In this document: in pieces, positions 9,634-19,064 of the stretch | How the letters are laid out: every line of letters starts with the position of its first letter | How positions within the stretch are numbered: position 1 is the stretch's first letter | NCBI RefSeq assembly: GCF_018398935.1 | Contig: NZ_CP074694.1 | Location: 3,960,001 to 3,992,000 of the forward strand | From: Telmatocola sphagniphila | Lineage (GTDB): Bacteria; Planctomycetota; Planctomycetia; Gemmatales; Gemmataceae | Length of the DNA stretch: 32,000 bases | Reading direction: 5' to 3' | The notes under the pieces: generated by a model | Databases searched by the model: none | What the model was told of the DNA's origin: nothing | What the model saw: the letters and a program-made list of their open reading frames with translations, nothing else | Position numbers and translations under genes: made by a program

Positions 9634-9966
9634 TTGTCTCGCTATCAAGGAGGCGATGTGGAACGTGGTAAGTACATCGTGACCAGGCGGGGTCAGGCCT
9701 CGGCCTTGGGGAAGCGCCGTATGCGCCGCGTCATTGTTATGCTCGAACAGCAGCCGCAGAGCAAAAACATTAAGCCAGCAGATGCGGAGGCATTTCGAAG
9801 CGCTATCCTCAAATGGCTCAAAATGTTAGGCCAAACGGCTTTCCGAAAAAACGTTTTCCTTCAGTTGGACTTCTTCACTACCGCGAAAGACCCACCTGAG
9901 ATCTACAGTTTGCCCAAGAACTACATCGATCTGTTACGGAAGCACGCGAAGGTTGCAGATAGCTCT
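9634..9966 (+). pseudogene. RusA-like module 1, N-terminal fragment (broken by inversion)
   Basis: ...ADAEAFRSAILKWL...KNVFLQLDFFTTAKDPPEIYSLPKNYIDLLRK parallels E. coli RusA AEGQAYRDNVARIIKN...[28 protein letters not shown]. After about 9963 the listed ORF runs antisense to the minus-strand frame and loses protein character. Confidence 0.5.
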
Positions 9967-10384
9967 GGTGGGCATCCATTCGCTTCATCTGTCGCATGTA
10001 CTCAAAAGCGTCGTTGTTCAGCAGCCTTATGAATGAATCCTTGTCGTCTTCGAACTCGGCCAGTTGCTGGAAGTCTTCGTTGTCCTGAAACGGACCGCTC
10101 CCCAAGTAGTCTGTTTTCCATGCATGTCCCCGAATCAAATCCTCGTCCTCGAAGTCGTCCCAATTGATTCTTTTGACGAGGCGGACTCCGGCGAGGAAGT
10201 CGCGGAACGGCTCCGCTCGCAGCCATACTCCAGGTTTCTCAGAACGGCCACACAAGTGGTAGCGGACAATTAGCGCCTTGACCTGCCGATCGTCGCGAAG
10301 GAGTAGCCGTGGACGAGTGCTATCACCAACGCTTGGAAAGACACACCTGTTCTGGAGGCTTGTATGCCTTTCAGAATACTCCCC
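9965..10384 (-). pseudogene. RusA-like module 1, C-terminal part on an inverted segment
   Basis: The minus-strand frame is open from 10384 but has no ATG or GTG before an internal TTG at 10255. It encodes RPRLLLRDDRQVKALIVRYHLCGRSEKPGVWLRAEPF (cf. RusA [30 protein letters not shown]) and then an acidic tail. Confidence 0.5.
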
Positions 10385-10588
10385 TCAGTAAAGGAGAGTC
10401 TCACGAAAACATTTTGAATCGACTTACTTTCCAGACCAGGAACGCGTCGTTTGCCATACCATTTACGCTAGAATTACCCTGCGCAACGCAAGGGCGACGG
10501 AGAAGCGTTCGACCAAGCAATTCGAAAAACGCTCGAAAGTTACAAATCTAAGCACCACTACTTATTTCCTCTCGCAACTGTACTGAAC

Positions 10589-10948
10589 GTGACAGTCTTA
10601 ATGATCCCGTCGAAGGGTGGGGGTAAGGACCTCGATAACTTAGCCACCCGGATTATTCGGCCCCTGCACGAGATATGGGCTCCTCCGAGCGGCTTCGCGC
10701 ACGCCTCCAACACTGACAACATCAAGGAGAAGGGGAACAGGGAGTATTGGGAGAAAGCCCGCAACAAACTGCCGAAGGCACTGAAGTATTCGATCACGGA
10801 ATACCGCGTCTTTGAGCTCCCACGCTTGCCCGATGACCCTAAAGAGGGTTTCGTCCGGCTCGCCTTCGACGGCGGCTTGCAGCCCGTGCAGTTTCGTGAG
10901 GAGAGCGACGATTACCTTGAAAAGTGGGAAAACTCCTTTGACCTCTGA
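10589..10948 (+). CDS. RusA-like module 2 (start uncertain; similarity extends upstream to 10472 with no start codon)
   Basis: LNVTVLMIPSKGGGKDLDNLATRIIRPL resembles the RusA [16 protein letters not shown] block, and ...ITEYRVFELPRLPDDPKEGFVRLAF is the terminal hairpin. The same frame upstream (from 10472) reads GDGEAFDQAIRKTLES, paralogous to module 1, but contains no ATG/GTG/TTG (only ATT/CTG) before the GTG at 10589. Confidence 0.5.
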   Translation: MTVLMIPSKGGGKDLDNLATRIIRPLHEIWAPPSGFAHASNTDNIKEKGNREYWEKARNKLPKALKYSITEYRVFELPRLPDDPKEGFVRLAFDGGLQPVQFREESDDYLEKWENSFDL

Positions 10949-11154
10949 CCAACCAATGACAATTGAATATCCAACTAGGAACTCGAACACGTCGATACAC
11001 TTCAGGGGAAAAGGAAGGCTCTGAACAAGGAAAAAGCTTTCCCTTCCTTGCAACTGAATGCATTCGCCTTTTATCGTTCGACCAGACGCGATCTTGAGGC
11101 AACTGGTCACTATATCCTGCTGCCGGAAGCTGAGTTGTAATTCGTCACTCTATA

Positions 11155-11562
11155 TCATTTATTGGTATACAACGAAATTGCTTCGTCAGTTGTCATCGTT
11201 TGGAAGGATTCGGCAAAATTCGACCGATTTGTCTCGAAACTCTCCTTGCATTTCACCGGAACAAAAAGTATGAGATCGGAACGGCTTCTCGTCATAGCGA
11301 CATAAGCTATTCTCCTCGCTTCGCGATCCTTCGTATTATTAGACCACCAAATTTGTGAAGGGCAATTAGCTGTATTCGTTCGGTCTGGACAGACAAAAAT
11401 CGAAATATCATGAGTTTCTCCTTTGACTGCATGGACTGTCTCAATTGATATTGATCTGGCAGATATTTGCTGGCTTTTGAATGGAATAGTAACATTCGCA
11501 ATTTCAGATGCTGACGTTAGCTTTTTGGGTTTGGGTACAGTCGTTGGAGTGGCCAATCCTTT
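11155..11562 (-). pseudogene. gajB: UvrD-like helicase GajB, 3' part (split by ISAs1 insertion)
   Basis: ...SIETVHAVKGETHDISIFV...RIAYVAMTRSRSDLILFV matches helicase motifs V/VI. The first 11 codons of the listed ORF (MFSWNLSAISL) are IS-end sequence. The gajB sequence begins at KGLATPTTV. Confidence 0.85.
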
Positions 11563-12851
11563 CAGGGAAATCGCGCTTAAATTCCAAGAAAACATCTAAT
11601 GTCATTAATTGTATTGCGCATCGTTCTTCTTTAGTGGAGGATGTGGAAATCGCTCGCTAGATCGCCCTGGGGTTCCTCGATGTTTCAGCTTTCCGAACTA
11701 TCTCCCGCGCCGGCGAAAACTCCGTTGACCGATCTCCTCGTCCACTTCGCGGATTTGCCCGACCACCGCCTCGATCGTTGCCAACAACACACGCTTTCGG
11801 AAATCATTTTCATAGCCATTTGCGCCGCGGTTTCCGGAGCCAACGACTGGGTGGCCGTCGAAGCTTTCGGCGTGACCAAGATCGACTGGTTCCGGAAGTA
11901 TCTCCCTTGCCCAACGGCATCCCGAGCCATGACACTTTCGGCCGAGTTTTCCGCTATCTGGACACGGATGCTTTCGAGGCCTGCTTCGCTTCATGGATGG
12001 CGGAAATCTGCGTCGGGACCGACCTGCTTCAGGTGGCGATCGACGGCAAGACGATGCGTTCGTCAGGCGGTCCGGGTCAGAAGTGCCTGCACGTGGTCAG
12101 CGCGTTTGCGACGGCCAACCGCGTGACGCTGGGCCAAGAGGCGGTGGACGATAAATCGAACGAGATCACCGCGATCCCGGAATTGCTGAAACGGCTGGAC
12201 ATTGCCGGAAAAATCGTGACTATCGACGCGATGGGCTGTCAAAAAAATCGCCGAGGCGGTGCGGGAACGGGACGCGGATTACCTGTTGGCGGTGAAGGAC
12301 AATCAACCGACTCTCTTGGCCGAGATCAAGGCTCATTACTTCAAGCATTTGGAGTCCGGATTCGCCGATGTACCGACGACGTTCTGCGAATCGACGGAGA
12401 AGAATCGAGGCCGAGTGGAGTACCGTTCGTGCCTCGTGTTTTCGGACGTCAATTTCTTATCGATGAAGGACGATTGGAAAGGCTTGAAGACGGTGGTCGT
12501 GGTGGTGACCGACCGCCGAGAAAACCACAAGAGCGCGAGCGAAATCCGCTACTATATTTGCAGCCGAGCGTCGGACGCTCCGGTGTTGGCGAAAGCGGTC
12601 CGGGAACATTGGACGATCGAGAATAATTTGCATTGGTCCTTGGATGTGACATTCGGCGACGACGACAGCCGGGTTCGAAAAGATAACGGCCCTCAGAATT
12701 TCGCCAGGATTAAAAGGTTGGCTCTGAGCATAGTGGCGAATGCGAGCGGCAAGGAATCGATGGCAGTCAAACGACTGAAAGCCTGCGCCAGCGATGAACG
12801 CCGAGAATTAATTATTCGAGAATTCCTTCAGCTTTAAATGCGATTTCCCTG
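11563..12851 (+). mobile_element. ISAs1-family insertion sequence, copy 1 (1289 bp)
   Basis: Terminal inverted repeats CAGGGAAATCGCGCTTAAA (left) and CAGGGAAATCGCATTTAAA (rc of right), 17/19. Exact 10-bp direct duplication CCAATCCTTT at 11553-11562 and 12852-12861. Essentially identical to 24911-26199. Confidence 0.9.
11641..12837 (+). pseudogene. ISAs1-family (H-repeat/YhhI-like) transposase with two frameshifts
   Basis: The N-terminal part in frame 1 reads ...LLVHFADLPDHRLDRCQQHTLSEIIFIAICAAVSGANDWVAVEAFG...WFRKYL. The middle in frame 3 reads LPNGIPSHDTFGRVF...VAIDGKTMR...SNEITAIPELL...IDAMGCQK. The C-terminal part returns to frame 1 (DYLLAVKDNQ...HWTIENNLHWSLDVTFGDD). The shifts lie near 11905 (C-run) and at the A7 run 12241-12247. 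Confidence 0.85.
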
Positions 12852-14250
12852 CCAATCCTTTGATTGCGGCTACAGCAGAAATATGCCTGGTTATAATTGT
12901 CCACGCTTTGCTCTGCCAACCAAAAAGTGTATCATTAACATCTAATGAATCGCCTTCAAGGAGGCACTGGACACATCGTTCTCTCCATTCAAATACCGAC
13001 AAACCATATTTAGATAGCTGCTCATCAGTAATTCCTTCCTGTTCGAACAGAGCTAATTCGAGCGAAGCCCGGCAAGCCGCGAGGGCCAAGGAGTTTTGTC
13101 CTTGACGGAAAGCAATCACAGCGCGTTGGAAGTGGTTTAAGGGTGGGCTACCCAATTTGCGAGGCTGTTCTGATTTGTGACCTTTTAGTACCCTTACGGT
13201 CATGTTGAGTCTTGCGATAGCTTTGATAACCGAATTTGAATGCGATTTACTAACCGCCGCAGACAGCCGATTGAAATCTACAACCATGTCATCATAAGTC
13301 ACCATAAGCGCCCTACCGACAGGGTTATTTTCGGGAGATACGATGTTTCCTGTCTCCTTCAAGTGACTTGCCACTTTAGCAACCGATTTTGAGCAACGAA
13401 GACTCGTGCTCAATGGAAAGACCTCAGCATCCTGGATGATCTCAAACTGGTCAAACAAATCTGGTCGCGCACCGTTAAATTCAAAAATTGACTGGTCAGG
13501 GTCGCCAACAAGAACGCCGCGCACATATGAGCTGCTTAAAATGCTCTTCAGACATTTACTCAAGAAGAAACCGGTGTCTTGCAATTCATCAATAAAAATT
13601 AAAGGGAAACGGCGTGTGATCTCAGTGATAATTAACGCCTTATATTTTTCATCTTCTAAAAGCTTGCTTGCCCACAACGCGGCATCTGAATGAGTCATAA
13701 GGCCAGATTTCTTCCAAACATTATTTTTACATTCTTTTACAATTCTCAGATCGTCTCCTGTCAATTTGATTAATGGCTGCATTGGGTGAGGTTTTCTCGC
13801 TGCAATTGCGCCTTGACAGTCTTCATCAATCCAGACGCAGCTACAGAGGTTAATGCCTTTGCCTACATTCGCCTTCAGGCCTTTGCCAAGGCTGCTCCAA
13901 TGCTCTGCTCCCCATTCGCCGGGTAACAACCGAGGGTGGCGGAAGATCGGATAACATTTGCAAAAAAATGGACGAATCACATAGCGAAATAGAAAAGAAT
14001 CGATTGTTCCCACAAAATGTGGATGGCTTAGATCGCGACCGACCGCCTTTCGAATTTCTTCTCCGCCAACCTTTGTGAATGACAAAGCTGCAATGCCGCT
14101 GGTTTGGGTTTGCCAAGAGTTTAGCTCGCGGAGGATTAGTTCGGCCACCATCCAAGTCTTTCCGCTGCCGGGCGATGCGCGTACCACGCGGATTCGAGAC
14201 CCGTTTTTGTTGTCAATAACTGCCTGCTGCTCAACGGTCGGAAACCTCAT
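12852..14250 (-). pseudogene. gajB: UvrD-like helicase GajB, 5' part (split by ISAs1 insertion)
   Basis: Walker A VRASPGSGKTW and motif II IFIDELQDT are present. The listed 480-aa ORF ends ...AAIKGL then reads into the IS end (AGKSHLKLKEFSNN). Removing the IS and one duplication copy joins ...AAIKGL|ATPTTV... in frame. The start overlaps the gajA stop (ATGA at 14247-14250). Confidence 0.85.
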
Positions 14251-16085
14251 TGTGTAGAGTCTCCTGAAGAATGGTCTTTTGGTGGATCAATTCCCGTAAC
14301 AACGAAGTCAATTGCTCTACTGAGATACGGCGGCACTGCGAATTCGAGCGTACAGGCTGTGCATTTGCTAGAAATGGTTAACTTGGCAGCCAATTTGTGC
14401 GCAAATTCGGCTTTGCTTCCTGTGTGATTGGCACGACATATCCCTCGCCAAGTTGCTAACGCGCGGTCTTTTAGATCGTTGCCTGCTTTAGCCAGCCTAT
14501 CTTTGTTGAAGGTTGTGGGCTTTTTTTCAAAGCATGATTCCCAAACATCTGCCATGACGTTAGCGTTGTTGTTGCCCGCTAGAGCTAGATCATATTCGAG
14601 TGTTAGTGCCGAACTGAAGACTTGAACCGAAGTGTGCTTGTCAAATAGCAACCTAAGATTGACCATGCGCGCCGATGGTACGAATTCCCCATCTTTCATT
14701 TCAGGCACCGCTTCTTCCCACTTCACATTCGTAGGCACGGAAGGATCAGAATCTGATACAATCGCCACGGGGATTCCAAAACCTTTGGTGTCAAACAGCT
14801 TTTTGAATGTCCCAAACGCTACACCACAGATGGGAATTACAGAAATGTGCAGTTTCGCCAAATCGCGTCCAAGACGTTTGGCCAATGGTGGAAGAAGAAG
14901 TGCTTCTGAAATTCCCTCAACAAGTATTACGGCTTTTGCAAAATAAAGCGTCGCTCGCGTAACATCAAGCATCCGCTGAAGGTCTGATTCTTCCGTGGGA
15001 GTCATTCCCGAATTTGCGATTCGGTTGCAATGGAGCGATCCCATTTTGTCCGCGAACAGGACCGAGATTCGGCATGGCTGCACACTCGCCGCCAGCGTTG
15101 GGGAGTGAGTTGTGACTATGGTTTGAGGAGTTTTGGAGCCAGGTGTCTTGTTAGACAAATACTCAGCGAGCAGCATAGTAAGCTGAGGATGCAAATGAGC
15201 CTCCGGCTCCTCGATAAGCAGGAGGGGGCTTTCGTCGGGCACTGGCTCTCGAAGATGCTCTAGGACAACCGCAATATAGAGCAAATTATTGTAGCCTAGC
15301 CCGTTAGCTTCAAGATCGCCAATTGGTGCTCCATCCATTTGGATGTGAAGCAAACGAAGTATTCGTTCAAATTCAACTTCTGCTGCCCTAATCGCAGATG
15401 GGGAGTAGTCGCTACCAGCAAGTTCAATCGTAGTAGACTGAAGAGAGGTAATGGTTCCTTTAATTAAATCATGCTTTTCGAGCTCATGGTTCGCTTGGCT
15501 ATAGATCGACTCAATGTCCGTTTTGACTGTGCCACCTCGACGCTCCGCAAGATCGCGTAGCAGCAGTGCAAGCCTACTTCGGCTCCCAGGAGTAAGAGAT
15601 GCTTTCGCATCACGAAGGGCAGGAAGATACGTGACAGGCAAGGACTCTAAAATCCGCGTCGAAATATCTTGTGTGTCTGGGGCAACAGGGCCGCCAGTTC
15701 TCCGAATCTGGGCCTGCCTTTTCCCTTTTGGCCAGCTAGCCGTGAATTTGATAACCGCTTTGGAATTAGCAAGGTTCGTTACATTGAAATCAACTATTTC
15801 GAAAAAATGTGAGCGTTGTTCCGCCGAAAGATCTGCGAAGGTTAGAGTTATCGAAATCGTTCGGTATTCAGTATCTTCTACAGATTCCTTGAAAAAGTCA
15901 TCTCGGTCAAGCCAAAGAGATTCACCTCTAGACGCGCTAGGGCCAAGTGCATGACGTATAGCATCTAAGATTGCAGTTTTGCCAGTATTGTTTCTACCGA
16001 CTACCACATTTAGCCCTGCACCTAAATCTACCCTCAAGGATTTGATCGCACGAAAATTCTCGATTTCAACAATGGATAGAAACAT
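14247..16085 (-). CDS. gajA: OLD-family ATPase/TOPRIM nuclease GajA
   Basis: N-terminal ABC-type ATPase (IENFRAIK...VVGRNNTGKTAILDAI, ...LLLIEEPEAHLHPQ) and C-terminal TOPRIM (VILVEGISEALLLP, VAIVSDSDPS). It sits immediately upstream of a UvrD-like helicase, which is the class-2 OLD / Gabija arrangement. Confidence 0.85.
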   Translation of the reverse strand: MFLSIVEIENFRAIKSLRVDLGAGLNVVVGRNNTGKTAILDAIRHALGPSASRGESLWLDRDDFFKESVEDTEYRTISITLTFADLSAEQRSHFFEIVDFNVTNLANSKAVIKFTASWPKGKRQAQIRRTGGPVAPDTQDISTRILESLPVTYLPALRDAKASLTPGSRSRLALLLRDLAERRGGTVKTDIESIYSQANHELEKHDLIKGTITSLQSTTIELAGSDYSPSAIRAAEVEFERILRLLHIQMDGAPIGDLEANGLGYNNLLYIAVVLEHLREPVPDESPLLLIEEPEAHLHPQLTMLLAEYLSNKTPGSKTPQTIVTTHSPTLAASVQPCRISVLFADKMGSLHCNRIANSGMTPTEESDLQRMLDVTRATLYFAKAVILVEGISEALLLPPLAKRLGRDLAKLHISVIPICGVAFGTFKKLFDTKGFGIPVAIVSDSDPSVPTNVKWEEAVPEMKDGEFVPSARMVNLRLLFDKHTSVQVFSSALTLEYDLALAGNNNANVMADVWESCFEKKPTTFNKDRLAKAGNDLKDRALATWRGICRANHTGSKAEFAHKLAAKLTISSKCTACTLEFAVPPYLSRAIDFVVTGIDPPKDHSSGDSTQ

Positions 16086-16445
16086 AATTTTCAGGAACTC
16101 CTGCTATAGTTTGCATTTAGATCCGCCACCATCATCCCTTCCTTCATTGCATCGTGCAACGCAACCGAATCGTGCCATTTGGATAGTTTCTCAGCTTGAT
16201 CGGAGAGGAACTACGAGTCAGTCAATACGCGAGATAATTGGCGAGTATTTCTGTCATCGTTTAACTCAAAAACTAATATAACAAATTCAATTGTTTAGCG
16301 AAACCTATTCTTGATTGTACCTACCCGTCCTGTTTTGGCAAAACAGCGACTTAGCAAAATTAACGTATCCGATCGGCCAAGGAAGTGGTGAGCTCCAACC
16401 GAGTGAGTGTGCTTTCACGGTTCAAGAACTGTTTTTCGCCCAACT

Positions 16446-16957
16446 TTACGGTAGCATCATGGGAAGTTGCTCTTTCGGTGTGATGGGCAGTCGGATCAAG
16501 ACATCGCGGAGATATTCCCAGGGATTGATTTTGTGCATCAGGCAAGTGGCGGTGAAGCTGGAGAGAATCGACAGGGTTCGTCCGCCGTTGTCGGAGCCGA
16601 AGAATAACCAGTTTCGTCGTCCGATGGCATAAGGTTTAATCGCTCGCTCGGCCACGTTGTTATCGATGCTCAATCTCCCATCGGTGATATATACATTCAG
16701 GGCTTTCCACTGATTCAATGAATAGCCGACCGCTTCTCCGATCGGGCTTTTGGGCAGGACTTGCTTCTGGAGTTTTTCCAGCCAGGTGCCGAAGGACTCC
16801 AAGATCGGTTTCGCCTCCGCTCGGCGCGTGCGGGAGCGGTCAAGCCTTTAGCCCGATCTTCAATCGCATAGAGGAGTTTGATCCGACCGTCGAAGCTCTT
16901 CCGTATGTCGGTGGGCGTCATGCACAGAAGAATCTTCACCGAGGTGTAGTTCAGCAT
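16446..16957 (-). pseudogene. IS66-family TnpB'-TnpC' deletion fusion with a frameshift
   Basis: The first 24 codons or so (MLNYTSVKILLCMTPTDIRKSFDG) match the IS66 orf2 N-terminus. They then read directly into the TnpC C-terminal region (IKLLYAIEDRAKGL...). After a frameshift the sequence continues ESFGTWLEKL...LPKSPIGEAVGY...IDNNVAERAIKPYAIGRRNWLFFGS. Confidence 0.7.
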
Positions 16958-17298
16958 GAGACCTCCTGGGCGGACAAGGCTCCGAAGAGGGCTCGAAAGG
17001 TCGATTCCTCGACACTGTGAACAGTCACAACGTGCCCCGATGGGCAGCGAACTTCGATCATCGTCGGGGACGGCTTTGTTGAATCGGAAGCAGTGGGAAC
17101 TACTGTGATCGAAACTAATGCAGGGGACGCTTCGGCCTCCCGACGCTTCAGTTCCCGTTGCCAGTAATAATAGGCCGCCTCACTGATGCGATGCCGCTGA
17201 CAGTAGGCTCGAATGGATTCATTGCTGGATCGCTGATCCAAAATCGTCTTCTTCCAAAATGCTTCCCGCTGGGGATCTCGTACACGACGCTTCGACAT
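16951..17298 (-). CDS. IS66-family orf1 (TnpA-like HTH protein)
   Basis: 115-aa ORF (...SIRAYCQRHRISEAAYYYWQRELKRRE...) overlapping the next IS66 ORF start by 7 nt, as in IS66 operons. Confidence 0.7.
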   Translation of the reverse strand: MSKRRVRDPQREAFWKKTILDQRSSNESIRAYCQRHRISEAAYYYWQRELKRREAEASPALVSITVVPTASDSTKPSPTMIEVRCPSGHVVTVHSVEESTFRALFGALSAQEVSC

Positions 17299-17356
17299 GA
17301 CTCCGACTCCTGAGGGTTAAAAACCATCAGGATAACTCATCTGACAAGAAGGGAGT

Positions 17357-18069
17357 TCACCAACCGGAGACTAGAAAAAAACGCATTGTCGACACTGCCA
17401 ACTGCGCAAGATAGGTTAGAGCTCCGATGATCGAGATTTTCTGACGGCGACCGGCTTTTTGTTTGAGATAAGGTCGCAGGCCTTTGGGAGCCCAGGTGCG
17501 TCGCAAGAGGGGAGCCAGTCTCAGTCCGGTTTCATCGATGAATACGATAGGCGCCCGCCGGCGATCCCCTTTTTTAAGATTCGGGACCACTCGGTTTTCG
17601 GCCAATCGGCAATTTTCTGTTCCTCGCGTTGGACGGCTTTCTTGCCCGGCATTTGCGGGGAGAAACCTTGTTTGCGTAACCAATCGCAAAAGTAATTGGC
17701 ATTATAATCGATATCAAACATCTCCTTGATGAGTTGGACGACTCGCCGAGAAGTCCACAGGTGAGTGCGGAAGCCGAACTCCGTCGCGTCACGGGTCAGC
17801 CAGGAGCAAACTTCTTGAATTTGCTCTGGGCGGAGCTTGGATTTCGGTCCGGGATGCTTGAGAGCCTTGAGTCCGGCTTCCCCTTGATTTTTGTACCAGG
17901 AGATCCAATTATCCACGCTGCGGGTCGAAACCTTGAGCATGTCGGAAACCTGCTTTATAGTATGGCCTTCGAGGATCAATTGAACGCCCAAACGGCGTCG
18001 GTTCTCCATCTCCGGGCGATTAGTAACTTTCTTGACCAAACGAGGGATGCTTTTCGTTTCCATGCCCAT
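17357..18069 (-). pseudogene. IS630-family transposase, 3'-truncated, two frames joined at an A_AAA_AAG site
   Basis: ORF A (17521..18069) carries the HTH / winged-helix N-terminal part. The -1 frame (to 17357) continues ...RRAPIVFIDETGLRLAP...KISIIGAL (first catalytic D) and then breaks off. The slippery heptamer lies at 17569-17575 on the minus strand. Confidence 0.8.
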
Positions 18070-18319
18070 CGTATGGATGGGCTATTTCCAGAATCAAATC
18101 GATTGAAAACAATCTCGCGAATTGAAATTACTACTCCAAATGCTTGGATGTTTTTACAACGAATACATCAGATTGAGAGGGAGTTATACTAATAAAATAT
18201 CCCTAAATGTTAATCAGAAAACTGTTGATACGGACCTTTTTCATCTTCGAATTGTTTATTCGAGTCATTTCGTTCGATCAGTTTCCATAAAAAACCCTTT
18301 TTTCCCGGCTCTTCCGTTT

Positions 18320-18993
18320 CTAGGTGTAGCATTCAGAGAAATACTTCTGGATCTGGTTGACGAAGCCGCGAATCTCCGCAATGGTCGGCCCTAATTTTTT
18401 CGCAGCCCAATTCACGTCCAGGAGTATTCTCGTCCAGAGCGTAGTTAGACTCTGAATTCCATAACTCCGACGTAGCACTACCCGAATCTTGGTATTCAGA
18501 CCTTCCACCGGGCCGCTGCTTTTGCGTTCCTCGAAGTAGGCTAAGATCCCCTCCCAGTTATTCTTGAGCATCGTGATGAACGGCTCCCAATCCATCTCGG
18601 TCTCGCGGGCCTGGACGATCCAATCTTCCAACAGTCGCGAGGCTTCGGCTCGGTTCGGGGCCGTATCGAAGATCTTGGTCGCCTCCCAACGCAGATGGTA
18701 GATCGTTCCCAACGAAGGCACCTTCTCGAACAAATCCTCGAGGGCCTGGACCTGCTCCGGTTTCAAATCCTCGGGACGACGCCGGAAGTCGTGCATCTGA
18801 GAACGCAGCTTCTTGCGGGCTTCCCCGCTCAAACTTCGCTTGTAGGCTCGATAGTTTTTTTTCGCAGATCGTCCGCCACCTCCCCCAATTTCTTGGCGAC
18901 GTGAAAGCGATCTATCACCGACTGGCTGTTGGGTAAATGCACGCCGCAAGCCTTCAAATACGCCGCGCTCATGTCCGTATGATGCCAACGCAC
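18320..18993 (-). pseudogene. ISL3-family transposase, C-terminal part (also frameshifted at a T8 run)
   Basis: VRWHHTDMSAAYLKACGVHLPNSQSVIDRFHVAKKL... is followed, after a frameshift at the homopolymer 18855-18862, by ...YHLRWEATKIF...GPVEGLNTKIRVVLRRSYG. Confidence 0.85.
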
Positions 18994-19064
18994 CGCCGTG
19001 GTAATCCTTATCCAAAACGGGCCCACCTCCTTGCCGAAAACGGGCCCACCCCGGGTAATTGAAA

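Noticed and set aside
10640-11110. A 156-codon minus-strand ORF overlapping RusA-like module 2
   Set aside because: It is antisense to a frame with clear RusA-type motifs (GGGKDLDNLATRIIRPL) and has no features of its own.
11778-12626. A 282-codon ORF inside ISAs1 (and its twin at 25126..25974) as a separate gene
   Set aside because: Only its first 150 codons or so (LPNGIPSHDTF...DAMGCQK) are real, and they are the middle of the frameshifted transposase. The rest is off-frame read-through.
4915-18069. The two IS630 fragments (C-terminal half at 4915..5433, N-terminal half at 17357..18069, same strand) as halves of one element split by a 12-kb insertion
   Set aside because: Both fragments contain the homologous segment following the first catalytic D ([11 protein letters not shown] vs KISIIGALT) and are otherwise dissimilar, so they derive from different IS630-family elements.
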